Source of the DNA: Eledone cirrhosa
Taxonomy: Eukaryota
NCBI GenBank assembly: GCA_964016885.1
Contig: CAXHJY010000631.1
Location: forward strand, 1 to 60,759
DNA: 60,759 nucleotides
Reading direction: 5' to 3'
Shown here: positions 43,131-60,754 of the stretch, piece by piece
How positions within the stretch are numbered: the first letter of the stretch is position 1
How the letters are laid out: every line of letters starts with the position of its first letter
Made by a program: the position numbers and the translations under genes
The notes under the pieces: model-generated
Told to the model about the DNA's origin: nothing
The model's input: the letters and a program-made list of their open reading frames with translations, nothing else
Databases searched by the model: none

Positions 43131-43413
43131 TGATAATGAGGTGAAGAAATTATCAAAGCTAGAAAACATGGTTAAAGCTGGCAAATACCTTCCACCACCG
43201 TAACTCTTTATCAAGACTATAATGAGATTATAATGTATTTACGGTGTGATGAGTATTGGTGTTGACATATCGTCAAAAGACACTGCAAACCTCATTGCCT
43301 CGTTTTGAATTTACTATTATTATTTTTATATTTTTAGTTTAGTTTAGTTTAAAATCTACAACAAATGCTGCAACTACTACTGCTACTACTAGTGCAGCTA
43401 CTACTGCTAGTAT

Positions 43414-43507
<94 letters not shown>

Positions 43508-43711
43508 ATTACGAATAAATCTAACAGTAATAACAAAAGCAACAAAAATAATGACAAATATTCATAGATGTTAATTTTATAAAAAGGTAATAATAAATCT
43601 AGTTGAGATTAAGTTGAGAAATAATTGTTTCTACTTTTGGCATGAAGCACGCATTTACAAGTAAGCATCCATGTACGTATGAATTGGCACACGCAAGCGT
43701 ATAGTCATACA

Positions 43712-43935
<224 letters not shown>

Positions 43936-44007
43936 TATGGAATACTGTTGGCTTCTTGCTACAATACTTTCTATAACTTTCATTTATATATATATATATT
44001 TATATAT

Positions 44008-44194
44008 ACGTTATTCCGGGTTGAATCGGAGGTAACCACAGTAAGTAAGGTACTCAATACATAGCAGAGTATAACAGTTTTAATATAGATGAGATTCTAC
44101 AGGACTAGAACTGTTTCATTCATTAGAAATCATCTGATGATTTCTAATGAATGAAACAGTTCTAGTCCTGTAGAATCTCATCTATATTAAAACT
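44008..44194. mobile_element. Family B fold-back element; perfect 59-bp arms folded at a hammerhead core
   Basis: 44076-44134 is the reverse complement of 44136-44194; centre T44135 lies in CTGATGA (44134-44140), followed by ttc-taat-gaa, GAAA (44153-44156) and cagtTC. Confidence 0.8.
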
Positions 44195-44195
44195 A

Positions 44196-44263
<68 letters not shown>

Positions 44264-44821
44264 CACATACACATACACACATGTGTATATATATTTATTC
44301 ATGTGTTGTGCGATACGTTTATATTATTTTAACATCTCATCAAAAGTTTTATATTTTGTTGACATATCAAGCAAGATGTAGATGTAAAACTTACAATATA
44401 TAAGACTCTTGTTGACAACTTACTAAATTGTTGTGACCTTCATGGTTGTTCTTGATCTGTTAGTTGCTATATTGTAGTCCCCTCCCCCTCTTTCCATCCC
44501 CCTCTCTCCCTCTCTTGTTCAATGTATTTCCGCCATCTTGTTTTCATGTCATTCTCCAATCAGTTTTTTTTCTTAATATTAATATCAATCTTTACCAGTG
44601 TAAATCTTTCTCCCCATCGGCCCTCGTCAGATGTTGTTTATTACAAACATATATTTTGTTAGTTCTTTATCCTAACATTGCCCCCACCCGAGGAAATATC
44701 TTCCTCTGTATACAATTATCTATCTCTCTACCTCGTTACTACCTCTTCAGCCATCCACCTCTCTCTCTCTTTCTCTCTCACACACACACACACACACACA
44801 TACATACACACACACACACAG

Positions 44822-44869
<48 letters not shown>

Positions 44870-44943
44870 ACGCACACACACACACACACACGTATACATA
44901 CACTCATATATAATTCTATATACATCTCTCTCTTTCTATTTAT

Positions 44944-44974
<31 letters not shown>

Positions 44975-45074
44975 CCTATCTATTCCTCTCTCTTTCTTCC
45001 CTCCCTCCACTCTCTCTCTCTCAGTATATATATACAGTATATATATATAATATATATATAATATATATATATAC

Positions 45075-45122
<48 letters not shown>

Positions 45123-45567
45123 GTGCATCTATCATAATACATATGTGAGAATTAGTATTTGAATATTTATTTGTTTTCATTAATCTCCATTTTCAGATTA
45201 CTTTTGGGGGTAGTTTTATTTTGCAGATTTCGTCACAAATTTTCTGTTTGATGACATATCACGTAAATACGTAGATTTAACACTTACAATATAAGTCTCA
45301 TGCTGACAGGTCCCCAAGATTTAAATGTCAGAAAATACCGAAAAAAACACCCCAATCTACCTTTATTAGTAGAAGTATTACTCGTTTCTCTTCACAACGT
45401 TCAGCCATTTTTTTTTGCGTTCTCTTCATCTCATTTGTCCTTTGTGTTGTTGTTGCTGTTGTCGTTGTTGTTCTTTGTGTTGTTGTTTGTTGTTGTTGTT
45501 GTCGTTGTTAATGATGTTGTTGTTGTTATTGATGTTGTTGTTGTTGTTGAAGTTGTTGTTGTTGAAG

Positions 45568-45602
<35 letters not shown>

Positions 45603-46203
45603 CCATCTGTTTGTCGTCTAATTTTCCTTCTTACTATACAACAAAACCTTGTCTCTCATTCTCTGTCTCTGAGTACCCCCTCTCTCTTTCTCTCTCTCAC
45701 TATCTCTCTGATTCTATCTACCTCACACACACACACCCTCTCTCTCTCTCCACCCCCTCTCTCTCTCTCTGATTCTATCTACCTCACACACTCTCTCTCT
45801 CTATGATTCTATCTCTTCTCTCGCATCCTTTCTCTCTATCTTTCTCTCTCCCTGGTTCTCTCTGATTCTATCTGCCTCACTCTCTCTATCTATGATTCTA
45901 TCTCTTCTCTCAAACACTTGTCTCTCTCCTCCTCCTTCTCTCCCCGTCTTCCCACCCTCTCTCTCTCCCCCCTCTCCCTCTCTACTCCTTCTCTGTATAT
46001 CCCTCCTCTACCTCTCCACCTAACATCTCTCACAGTTCCCTTAGCTAGCTTCTTTCCAGATAATCCTAATATTATTTTTTCATTTGAATTCCGTTTATAA
46101 GTTCATCAGTCACCCTCACCATGTCATCTTGTCATATTGCCACCCCGCATATTCTAGCTTTATATATCGCTTCCTCTCTTTCTCTACAGTTCTTATTATT
46201 ATT

Positions 46204-46313
<110 letters not shown>

Positions 46314-46421
46314 GTCTATCTGTCTGTCTATTTATCTATCTGACTATCTATCTGTCTGTCTATCCTGTCTGTCTGTCGGTATGTTTGTCTGCCTATCTAT
46401 CCATCTATATTTATATCTCTA

Positions 46422-46466
<45 letters not shown>

Positions 46467-46486
46467 AATATGGTTGTATGTCAATG

Positions 46487-46522
<36 letters not shown>

Positions 46523-46542
46523 TGTAGATATATATATATATG

Positions 46543-46741
<199 letters not shown>

Positions 46742-46754
46742 ATATATATATATG

Positions 46755-46852
<98 letters not shown>

Positions 46853-47426
46853 CACACACACACACTCACACACATAAATACGTACGTACATACATACATA
46901 CAAAACTACATACATACCTACATATATACTCACAGCATTCTCACCATCTATCTTCCACAGTTTGAAACAAATTTGACAAAACAATGATCTTCAATAAAAT
47001 TTGAAAATCTAACAGAAGAAATCTTCCAAAACAACAACAAAACATCTAGAACATTCCACTCTTGGTATTAACAACAGATCTTCCAAGCTGTCACTTAACG
47101 CCTTTACACCACTACATGCTGTTTTTTATTTAGACGTATTCAATCAAACTCACTTTTATACACACACACACACACAAATATATATATAGATCTATGTAAA
47201 TATATATATATATATATATATACGTATATATATATATGTATATATATATATATCTGTGTATATATATATATATATATATACGTATACATGTGTATATATA
47301 TATATATATATATACATGTATTTTGTATATATATACGTATGTATATATAGAGTCGCACATGTATATATATGTGTATATATATATATATCTATATATATAT
47401 ATATATATATATGTGTATATATACAC

Positions 47427-47466
<40 letters not shown>

Positions 47467-47585
47467 GTGTATATATACACACACACATGTATATATATAT
47501 AAACGTACATATATATTTATATATATATATATCTATATATATATATTTAAACGTATATATAGATACATATATACATATATATATG

Positions 47586-47666
<81 letters not shown>

Positions 47667-47667
47667 C

Positions 47668-47701
<34 letters not shown>

Positions 47702-47932
47702 TGGCATACATACATATGTGTTTATATGTATATATATATACACGTGTATGTATATATATATATGTGTGTATATATGTATGTATAAGGTATAAGAATACAC
47801 AAATTCGCATATCTACTAACATATGTGTAATACAAAACATCAACACTGCGCATGACAGCGTATCTGATTTATAGGCATAACATTACAAATTTCTGTTTAC
47901 GTATTGCTGGAACTTTCTCTAGATGAATACAT

Positions 47933-48030
<98 letters not shown>

Positions 48031-48169
48031 GCATATATATACATATATATGCATATGTATATATATATACATATATATATATGCATATGCATATATACAT
48101 ATCTATATATATATGCATATGTATATATATATATATATATATATACATATATATATGCATATGTATATA

Positions 48170-48222
<53 letters not shown>

Positions 48223-48260
48223 TTATGCATATATATATATATATATATATATATGCATAA

Positions 48261-48311
<51 letters not shown>

Positions 48312-48420
48312 TATATACATATGCATATATATATGTATATATATATATACATATATATATATTTATAAATATGTATATATATTCATATATATGTATATAT
48401 ATGTATATATATATTTATAA

Positions 48421-48472
<52 letters not shown>

Positions 48473-48704
48473 GTATATATGTATATATAATATACATTTA
48501 TAGAGGCGAGAATATTACTATATTGTGGCTGACGAGTGAATTTTGCAGGATGTCATTTTGATATTAATATCTCTACACACTTGTATTTTCAAACGTATAC
48601 TTCTTATAATGTTAGTTTATATAGACATCTATACATATACACACACATTTCTTTTAAATTAGTTGTCATGTGTTTATGTAAGTATAAATGTATGAATATG
48701 CATC

Positions 48705-48738
<34 letters not shown>

Positions 48739-48746
48739 CACACACA

Positions 48747-48789
<43 letters not shown>

Positions 48790-48916
48790 GCATTCATACG
48801 TACATATATACGTATATATATACGTATATATCATATATGTATATTTATATATATATTTTGTATATATATATGTATGTATATATAAATATATACATATGTC
48901 TGTGTGTATATACATA

Positions 48917-48993
<77 letters not shown>

Positions 48994-49618
48994 TATACAG
49001 AAATATATATATATATGTGTGTATATATAGGGTGTAAGCGTGTGTGTATTTGTCTCTGTATGTTTTCTGTACCACATATATTCTTTGGAAAGTAATATCG
49101 ATTTCCGAAATAAATATATAAACTGATGAGAAAATAAAGGAATAAAAAATATTTTTATGGCTGTCGTTTGTATATAGAAATATGATAAATGTGTTCCTGA
49201 AAAATAGGGACTACAAAGCAGCAGTGAGTAGCGTTGAGCCAGTAAAAAGATATATCAGATATTTGGAGCTATTGAGGAAAACCACAAGAAGCTCCCCGCG
49301 ACCTGTTAGATATGACAGCGAAAATCTTGCTGAAAATCAAACCGTATTGTTTTAAATCTAATGAAAGACGAAATGTAATTCTAGATGTTATGTCAACAAA
49401 ATCATCATCACAATGACAACAGTTGGGTCATAGAATAGAACAGAACAGAATTATAGAAGGAGTTTGTCAGTTGAGTTGCTAGAAATAGCAGTAAATGTTG
49501 TACTCAAATGACACCGTACTCTCTTACTAGAGTGAAGAGGAGACAAATATTCTTCCTATATGTACTTAAAATGTAAACACAAACACTTGTACATACATAC
49601 ACAAACACACACACACAC

Positions 49619-49686
<68 letters not shown>

Positions 49687-49729
49687 CAAATATTAATAAA
49701 ATAGATGTTCTTTTGATCAATTAAATTTT

Positions 49730-49888
49730 ATTATACATATTTCAGAGGTACAACAGTACGTTCTCATCAGACAAAATATAATGATACATGACATACCCTG
49801 AGATGTTAAATGGCTAAGATTTAATCGAGGTAGTCAATCTTAAATCTTAACCATTTAACATCTCAGGGTATGTCATGTATCATTATAT
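49730..49888 (-). mobile_element. Penelope-like fragment: minus-strand hammerhead core plus a hairpin with 49-bp arms
   Basis: Minus strand CTGATGA-gaacgtac(tgtt)gtacctct-GAAA-tatg-TA; arms 49776-49824 / 49840-49888; upstream context shared with 53645-53699. Confidence 0.6.
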
Positions 49889-49989
49889 ATGACATTCACA
49901 CAGACAGAGATGTCAACATGAATGGACTTCTGACATTTTTTACAATTCCATCCCGCCCGTCCCCTCAATCTATCTTATTTCTCATTCTT

Positions 49990-50025
49990 TCTTCTGATGA
50001 AGGATTAGCATCCGAAACATTAAGA
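49990..50025 (+). ncRNA. Putative minimal hammerhead ribozyme (variant)
   Basis: tctt-CTGATGA-a-ggat(tagc)atcc-GAAA-ca-TT-aaga; the tail gttatttctgtttaccttt that follows also occurs near 4790, 14600 (rc) and 20937. Confidence 0.5.
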
Positions 50026-50114
50026 CCCTTTTCCTGCTATATCAAGCGTTAACCTAATATATCCATTACATATACTGTACCGATTGTGTTGTGTTGTTAT
50101 TTCTGTTTACCTTT

Positions 50115-50324
<210 letters not shown>

Positions 50325-50992
50325 CATACATATATATTTCATATATATCTTCATGGCTATATCTTTAGATAGATAACATAACCATAGTTTTTCTGTAGGT
50401 TCTTATATATTCAGTACATTTTTACAATATACGTAATATATTTCGGAAATCGTCACCCTCATCAAGTAAGCAGACAGATTTGATTCAACTACGATAATTT
50501 AATGGTAACTAATGTTTGCGTGCCAATTTGTCATTTGCTTTAAATTATACAAAACTATATTTATTTTGGAAATGCAAGAATTTGATTATTTATGCTTAGA
50601 GACTTGGAATCTAGCCAATCTTCTTGTTAGACGTTATCGAAAAATCTTTAATCTACTTCACAGATAACATCCAATTGAATGATCATGGTAATTTCAATTG
50701 GGATCCGACCTAACTATCGTCATTTTAGATACGCCGAAATTCTAACTATCAATTTTGGAAATTCTAGCCTGCCAACACTGTCGATTGAATGTGAGGAGCA
50801 TAACGTCATTTGTAAAAACATTAGCTCTTAATGTAAAGAGATTTTAAGCTCTCTTCCAAATCTATTAGAATGGACGAAGTAGCAGTAGAAGACACTGCAA
50901 CAACAATATTGATTTGTATAAAATTAGTATAGGAATAGAAATTTGGGGAAAAGGTGCTGTTGTATAACCCTACCTTAATATATTACTGGTAC

Positions 50993-51030
<38 letters not shown>

Positions 51031-51032
<2 letters not shown>

Positions 51033-51223
51033 AACGAGTAGGACCCCGACGGCTGAGCTCAAGCCGTTTCGACGGCTAATTCTGGACCCAGAATTAGCCG
51101 TCGAAACGGCTTGAGCTCAGCCGTCAGGGTCCTACTCGTTCCTATTACCCACTCTACTACCCTAAGTATTGAGTACTTTGGTGTGTTATGGACCACCTGG
51201 TTCCTTACCACATTTCCTTCGTT
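51031..51223 (+). mobile_element. Family A fold-back element, copy 6 (most complete)
   Basis: Near-perfect ~54-bp arms with a 4-nt loop (ctg-gacc-cag), then a unique ~80-nt tail ending ccttcgtt-(AT)n. Confidence 0.9.
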
Positions 51224-52370
51224 ATATATATATATACACACACACACACATATAAATATATATATATATATAGAGAGAGAATTTTGATTTTCAAATATGT
51301 ATATAATAATATATATATAAATCAGAATTCGGGATCCCGAATCCTTCATATATATACATGCGTGTGTGTAAATATATATGGAGGGGGTCTTTATTCATAG
51401 ACTGTGAATCTCTGTTTTGATGTTTGCTGTTTGTATGCATTTATATGCAAGTATAGATATACATCTCGCTACTTATATATTTGCGTAGATAACAACTTAT
51501 AATATATATTATATATGTTAATATACACGCTTCCACGCTTGTGTAGTTCGGTCATATTTAATAAAACTAATAAACCTCAGAATGTACTGTAATGCACCGC
51601 AAAACAGCAAAAAGTAACTTATTTATTTAGGAGAAAAGGAGGTAACGAGGGATAAACAATAGACTGTCTATGTTAATATTTTGTGTGTTTCTATGTGTAA
51701 TAGCAGGAATGTCGTCAGCATTGCTGGTCATATTTTGCAGAGTTTGACGCTGATTCTGGTGTCATTTTGGTGAAGTGGGGTGGGATATTTCTATTAGAAT
51801 GTGTGACTGGAATGATTTCAGAAGATATATGATTCATGGAAACGATAAATTAGCGAAAAAAATGCACCATTGTTTGGCGATAGATTTAACGACAAATCAA
51901 TGACGTTGTTTTAAGAGATCGACCAATAACTACGATAGCGGAAAACTCTGTTGAAAGAGTTCCAGTTGATAAGAAAAACATCAACATCCTATTAAATATG
52001 ACACTATTTAAAATCTTTTCCGACATATTGCGCCTGTAATATGTAATTTCTCGCTCGTATTTCTATTAGAGATTTATATTTATATATAAGCATGTTAAAT
52101 AAATTGTAAGAATCGTTAATTCAAGCACGTAATGTCTGGTCTTAATTAAATATAATATATGAGAAAATTAAATGAATAATACAAGAGAGAAAATTGATTA
52201 TAATGAATTCATAAACATACCCGAATATTATATTAACTATTCTCCATAGATTTATTTTCCTACACGGATACAGACGCACACAAGCACACGCACACTCTCA
52301 CTCATATATTCATACACAAGCATGCACACACGATCTCCACCCTATATATATATATATAGTCTATGCCGAC

Positions 52371-52460
<90 letters not shown>

Positions 52461-52502
52461 CATATATATATATGTATAACTCTCTCTTTCTTTCTCTTTC
52501 TT

Positions 52503-52605
<103 letters not shown>

Positions 52606-52692
52606 GGTTACAAGTCGAGATAACCACACGTTTCTCCATCTCTCTGAACTTTTGAAAATCATAAAACTTGTGAAACAGGTATATATATATAT

Positions 52693-52811
<119 letters not shown>

Positions 52812-53259
52812 TATTTCTTTTATTTGCCACTAGGGCATCAAAAGTGGGATAAGTACAAAGGGGGGAGTTTACACAAAAAGGCGTCCTCAATAAGGAGGAG
52901 GCAATAACAAAATATAAAAATAAAATAAGATATAACAAAAAATAAAATTTTATAGATAGATGGGCATGTTACTCAATCGAAAATTCAAAGACAGAGAACA
53001 GTGGATAATGGCTGAATATATGAAAGAGAAAACGTTAACCGCAAATAATTCAATAAAACCTATATATATCGTATTGTATATATAATTGTAATATATCTTA
53101 TTGTATATATAATTGTAATATATCAGGTTCACAGAGGAATTTTAGTGTTACTTAAGTAGTAATTGTAAAAGAAGTAAGGGGGGTAACTGTAATGGTATCA
53201 ATACCAGATGTGATGGCGCTGATGGTTGTGCTGGAAGTAATGGTGACTACGTTAACCTT

Positions 53260-53445
53260 GCTGTAATGGCGGTGAAGTAATGGCAGTGGTATAACGGCGG
53301 TGTTCTAATGGCGGTTGTGTAATGGCGGCGCTGTAATGGCTGTTTTGTAATGGCGGTGTTGTAATGACGGTGTTGTAATGGCGGTGCTGTAATGGCAGTG
53401 TTGTGATGACGGTAGTGGTGACGTTACTCTAATGGCGGTAGTGTT
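53260..53445. repeat. ~14-nt tandem repeat (gtaatggcggtgtt)n
   Basis: Seen directly. Confidence 0.75.
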
Positions 53446-53687
53446 GATGATGATGTATGTGCTGGCTATGGTGACGATGGAGGTGTAACGTTTCTGGTGA
53501 CAATATGATCTGAAATATATATATAATAAATATTTACTTACTTAATAACAAGCACGAGATAGAGCAGATGGTTTAGACTGGAGGAACATATATATATATA
53601 TATATATATCCACGAGATTCCAGCCAGAATGGTTGCATTTTTTAAGGGTATGTCAATATTTATTTATAAAACTAACCTATATTATAT

Positions 53688-53745
53688 TTTATCTGATGAA
53701 AGCGCACCATAGTTTGCTCTGGTGGCCCTTGAAATATATATAATG
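53688..53745 (+). ncRNA. Degenerate hammerhead ribozyme core
   Basis: CTGATGA (53693-53699), imperfect stem II aagcgcacca / tggtggccctt, GAAA (53731-53734), tataTA; stem I poorly paired; AATAAA follows. Confidence 0.45.
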
Positions 53746-53822
53746 AAATAAATATGGTTTTATAAATATAGTTTCCATTTGTTAATATATTGTATATATA
53801 TATATGTATTATATATATATGC

Positions 53823-53932
<110 letters not shown>

Positions 53933-54099
53933 GTGTATGTATATATAATAATAATTATATATATATACAGGATCAAATGCATATGTATAAACATTATATA
54001 ACTCTATATTTCGGGGAAGGGGTATGTGATTTAATCCGTACACACGTTTACGTAATCCTATTTAAATTAGGGATTAAACTAGACAGGGGTACCATCACA

Positions 54100-54762
54100 A
54101 ACATGTGTACATGTGTACACACAGAGAGGTTAATGTGTGTATACACAGATAGAGGGTAATATGTTTACACACAGAGGTTAATATGTGTACACACAGAGAG
54201 GTTAATGTGTGTACACACAGATAGGTTAATGTGTGTACACACAGATAGAGGTTAATTTGTTTACACACAGATACAGGTTAATTTGTTTACACACAGAGGT
54301 TAATGTGTGTACACACAGATAGAGGTTAATGTGTGTACACACATATAGAGGTTAATTTGTGTACACACAGAGAAATTAATGTGTGTACACACAGATAGAG
54401 GTTAATATGTTTATACACAGAGGTTAATATGTTTACACACAGAGAGGCTAATATGTGTACACACAGATAGAGGTTAATGTGTGTACACACATATAGAGGT
54501 TAATGTTTACACACAGATACAGGTTAATATGTGTACACACACAGAGGTTAATGTGTGTACACACAAAGAGGTTAATGTGTGTACACACAGATAGAGGTTA
54601 ATTTGTTTACACACAGATAGAGATTAATTTGTTTACACACAGAGGTTAATGTGTGTACACACAAAGAGGTTAATGTGTGTACACACAGAGAGGTTAATGT
54701 GTGTACACACAGATAGAGGTTAATGTGTTTACACACAGATAGAGGTTAATATGTTTACACAC
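54100..54762. repeat. ~24-28-bp minisatellite (acacagatagaggttaatgtgtgtac)n
   Basis: Roughly 25 variant copies. Confidence 0.9.
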
Positions 54763-55005
54763 GTGTAACGAAATATTTACTCACTCACACAGACATAGTT
54801 GAGGAACAATAATTAAATATTTTCACATATAAGACTGTTTCGTGTAGAAGTATCTGAAGAAAAGGATGAGGTAATACCCCTCCTCCCCCACTCTCTCCCT
54901 CTCTCTCTATCTCTCTCGCAAACACACACACACACTGTCTCTCTCTTTCTCTCTTTGCCTCTCTATCACACACATACACACACACACACAAACACCCACA
55001 GATAT

Positions 55006-55066
<61 letters not shown>

Positions 55067-55134
55067 CAGGGTGTCCCCCCAAAATGTATATACACTTTGA
55101 TTAGAATGCTGCTGATGTGTGTATACCTTTTCGG

Positions 55135-55138
<4 letters not shown>
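55067..55138. mobile_element. Deleted Tc1/mariner MITE
   Basis: TA-cagggtgtcccccc...; shares ttagaatgctg with 56178. Confidence 0.6.
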
Positions 55139-55176
<38 letters not shown>

Positions 55177-55179
55177 CTC

Positions 55180-55232
<53 letters not shown>

Positions 55233-55402
55233 TTATATATATATATGTGTGTATATATATATATACATTCATATTCATATATATATATATATATATATAT
55301 TTAAGTACATTTGTATATCCATAAGCATGTACATTGATATATATAAGCGATATATACGATATATCTATATCTATCTATCTATATGTATATATATATATAA
55401 AT

Positions 55403-55468
<66 letters not shown>

Positions 55469-55612
55469 AATCGGCTTAGTAAGGACCATGGTTTCAATGT
55501 TAGTATATAGATTAGATTGATCAGTCACTCCAGACACTCCTCATGTTTACCAGAATATCATTTGAGAGAAATTTCAAACTATATATCTCTCTCTCTTATA
55601 TATACGTATATA

Positions 55613-55652
<40 letters not shown>

Positions 55653-55764
55653 CGTATATATATACATACGTATATACATATATACGTATAAATATATATA
55701 TATATATATAATTATATATATATATACGTATATATGTATATACGTACGTATAAATATATATATG

Positions 55765-55823
<59 letters not shown>

Positions 55824-55948
55824 GTATATATGTATGTATTTATAATACAAGGGCGATAGGTTGCGCCTTCATTATGTTTATTGGTTGCAGAGTTTAATAT
55901 ATATATATGTGCGTTTGTGTGAGTATTTATATATATATGTATATACAC

Positions 55949-56045
<97 letters not shown>

Positions 56046-56066
56046 TATGTATATACACATATATAT

Positions 56067-56156
<90 letters not shown>

Positions 56157-56177
56157 TTCTACATAAATGTATATATA

Positions 56178-56277
56178 CACGGTGTCCCCAGAAATGTGTA
56201 CACATTTTGATTACCTATACAGGCAATATTTATTAGAATGCTGTTGAAGTATGTATCCATTTTTGGGGGCCACCCTG
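56178..56277. mobile_element. 100-bp Tc1/mariner MITE
   Basis: TA-cacggtgtccccagaaatg...catttttgggggccaccctg-TA; imperfect TIRs and TA target duplication. Confidence 0.8.
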
Positions 56278-56295
56278 TATATATGTATACATGTG

Positions 56296-56352
<57 letters not shown>

Positions 56353-56474
56353 TTGTGTGTGTGTATGTATATGTGTGCATAGAATCTGTGTGCTTGTGAG
56401 AGAAATAGAGATACATACTTGCATTTGCCATTTACAATCATATATGTGTATATTTACTTGTAAATGTATATATG

Positions 56475-56506
<32 letters not shown>

Positions 56507-56513
56507 TATATAC

Positions 56514-56560
<47 letters not shown>

Positions 56561-56791
56561 TTAGACTTAAATCTCCATTCCAACTGTCTACTTAAGGTTC
56601 GTGGAGTTGTTTTCCATATATATCAGACACATTCAGTAAGAAGTCTGAAATATTTAAGTTATTATACGTATAATGATGCTACATTGTCCATCTATCTATT
56701 CATCTATCTATAGAACTATCTAACTATATATATATCTTCTTTATATACATACATGCATCTATATATATATGTATATATGTATATCTATCTA

Positions 56792-56869
<78 letters not shown>

Positions 56870-56871
<2 letters not shown>

Positions 56872-57059
56872 AACAAGTATGACCCCGACAGCAGAGCTCA
56901 AGACGTTTCGACGGCTATTTCTGGACTAGAAATGGCCGTCGAAACGTCTTGTGCTCTGCCGTCGGGGTCATGCTTGTTCCTATTACCCACTCTACTATCC
57001 TAAGTATTGAGTACTTTGGTGCGTTATGGTCCGTCTGGTTCCTTACCACAAATCCTTCG

Positions 57060-57061
<2 letters not shown>
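56870..57061 (+). mobile_element. Family A fold-back element, copy 7
   Basis: Both arms carry the copy-specific variant aagacgtttcg / cgaaacgtctt; (TA)n both sides. Confidence 0.9.
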
Positions 57062-57129
<68 letters not shown>

Positions 57130-57255
57130 AAACCGAACATTATAATAAATGTTCGGTAAACCCATACGTACATATATATATATATATATGTATGCATGTA
57201 TGTATATATATATATATACATACTACTGTGCGTCTGTACACATATATGTATGTAC

Positions 57256-57302
<47 letters not shown>

Positions 57303-57365
57303 CAAACGTTTGGTAAAAATATCCAAGGGTATGAGCACCCAGTCTACAGGACGAGTTTAGTACAA

Positions 57366-57465
<100 letters not shown>

Positions 57466-57546
57466 CATGAATTGTATTAAAAGAAAAACAAATTGAAGGG
57501 GTGAGAAACATGAACGAATTTTTTCCGAAAGTAATTATCCTTTGGC

Positions 57547-57800
57547 GGAAATGGCGGTGAAAAAATGGGTTGGGGAGGAGGAACTGGTGAAGGAAAGTTG
57601 GGGTGGGGCGGAACTGGAGAGGAAAACGTGAGGGTGGTGCTGGAAATGGCGGGGAAAAAATGGCTTGGGGAGGACGAACTGGTGAAGGAAAGTTGGGGTG
57701 GGGCGGAACTGGAGAGGAAAACGTGAGGGTGGTGCTGGAAATGGCGGGGAAAAAATGGCTTGGGGAGGAAGAACTGGAGGGGGAAAGTTGAGGGTGGAGA
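57547..57800. repeat. 95-bp G-rich tandem repeat, ~2.6 copies
   Basis: ggaaatggcgg at 57547, 57642 and 57737. Confidence 0.8.
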
Positions 57801-57973
57801 ACGAATTAGGAATTAAATGTGAGAGAAATGAAAAGATCAAAAAATTTTCATTTAAATAAATCTAAACATTTAGTATAATTTATAATATAGTAAATAAATA
57901 CTTTTTCAAATAGTCAATTGAAATGTGAAGGGAATGGAATAAAACAATATAAATAGCTAGAGAGAGAGAGAGG

Positions 57974-58043
<70 letters not shown>

Positions 58044-58261
58044 AATGAAGAGGTTGTCAGAAGGGAAGGGGCGGGATCATGTTCGGACGAATTTGCTCCC
58101 TAGAGAAATGTTACGATAACGATAGCCATACACACACACACACACATAAACACTCTCACGCACAGACACACACACACACACACAAACACAAACCCACAGA
58201 AACACACAGAAACACACACATATATATATACGTACAAATGCTTATCTTCAATTGCTGTATT

Positions 58262-58342
<81 letters not shown>

Positions 58343-58573
58343 CTGTGTGTAAATATATGTATAGATAAATACATGTATGTATCTATGTGTGTAGGTGTTA
58401 GTGTGTTTCTGTGTGTTTTGCCAGTCAATCTTTGGCGCCATTGTTAAACCAACTCTAACACACTCTCCTGTCTACATGCAACGGCGAAAACAAATCTTAT
58501 TGCGGATTTCCGATGAAATTAGGCGGGATATAGAAACCTGGTTCCTCTCCACGTCCGAAGGAATTGATATGCC

Positions 58574-59235
<662 letters not shown>

Positions 59236-59805
59236 ATGTGTGTGTATATATATGTATGAATATATAAGTATTAGTAATACCTTTTATTTACAATCACTCT
59301 GTCATTCTGAATCATTCCATATTAGTTTTCTGATTTCTGATATGTATATGTCAAGATCTGTATGTCTCTTTACAAAAACCTAAAGGTACATTAGTCTCAA
59401 GAGCTTTAATTCTTTAATCAATCTGTCCAATAAAAATGGCGCTGATGCAAATAGAAAAATGCCATTTCAGAAAACCTCTATCAGAAATCAATCTTTCCAA
59501 ATTTCCAAGTTCCCATCTTTCACTCTCTCCATTTCTCTAAAACCCTTTTCTACTTTTCTCTCCATTTCTCTAAAACCCGTTTCTACTTTTGGGACAAGGC
59601 CAGCAATTACGCAGTACATTACTGGTACTCAACAAAGATGACGTTTTTCTTTTCTGTATTATTCATCTTTCTTTCATTATAAATATTTGTTTGTTATTTC
59701 TAGCTATGTTATGTTCATATTTGGTAATTATTTCTTTTTTTTATTTACCTTTGAATTTATTTTACATTTTATTATTACATTTTACATATGTACACCCGCC
59801 CACAC

Positions 59806-59925
<120 letters not shown>

Positions 59926-60061
59926 CGACACCCACACATATATCTAAATACATACACACACATATATATATACATACGTATACATACACACGCACAGACG
60001 CACAGGCACACACACAAACACATACACATATACACATATATATATACAGTATATATAGGCG

Positions 60062-60255
60062 TGTGTATGTGTGTCTCCGTGGCTCTGTTTAGCCCTTCAG
60101 TCATTAAACACGAGCGTTGTTTCTTTATATCATTTGACTTAGCGGTTTGACAAATAGAGAACGATAAATACGTACCAAACTTAATAATTAGTGGAGTCGA
60201 TATCCTTTACTAAACCTCTGAAGACTATATAACATAATGGTTGAAGCCTGAATAG
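60062..60255 (+). mobile_element. Degenerate octopod SINE
   Basis: cttagcggtttgacaaatagagaacgataaatacgtacca...ggagtcgat resembles a common octopus SINE body (from recall). Confidence 0.45.
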
Positions 60256-60498
60256 TAATATAGAAATATGTGCCTTTATATACGTATATATATAAGTTTA
60301 TGTGAGATATATATAGAGTGGTGGAGAGAGAGGCGGTGAAGAGAGAGAGAGAGAGAGGTGGAGAGAGATGGGGGAAGGGAGGAGGGGTGGAGATAAAATG
60401 GGTGATTGAGAGAGAAAGACGAAAGAGGGAGAGAGACTGGTGCAGGAAGTGAGAAAGAGGGAGATTATTTGAGGAGAAAGAGAATAAAGAAAAAGAAA

Positions 60499-60530
<32 letters not shown>

Positions 60531-60548
60531 GGAGAGAGGAGAGAGAGA

Positions 60549-60581
<33 letters not shown>

Positions 60582-60667
60582 GAGGGGTAGAGTATGAGAG
60601 GAGTAGAAGAAGAAAGAAGAGAAGAGAGAGAGAGAGAGAAAGAAGAGAGAGAAAGAGAGAGAGAACG

Positions 60668-60754
<87 letters not shown>

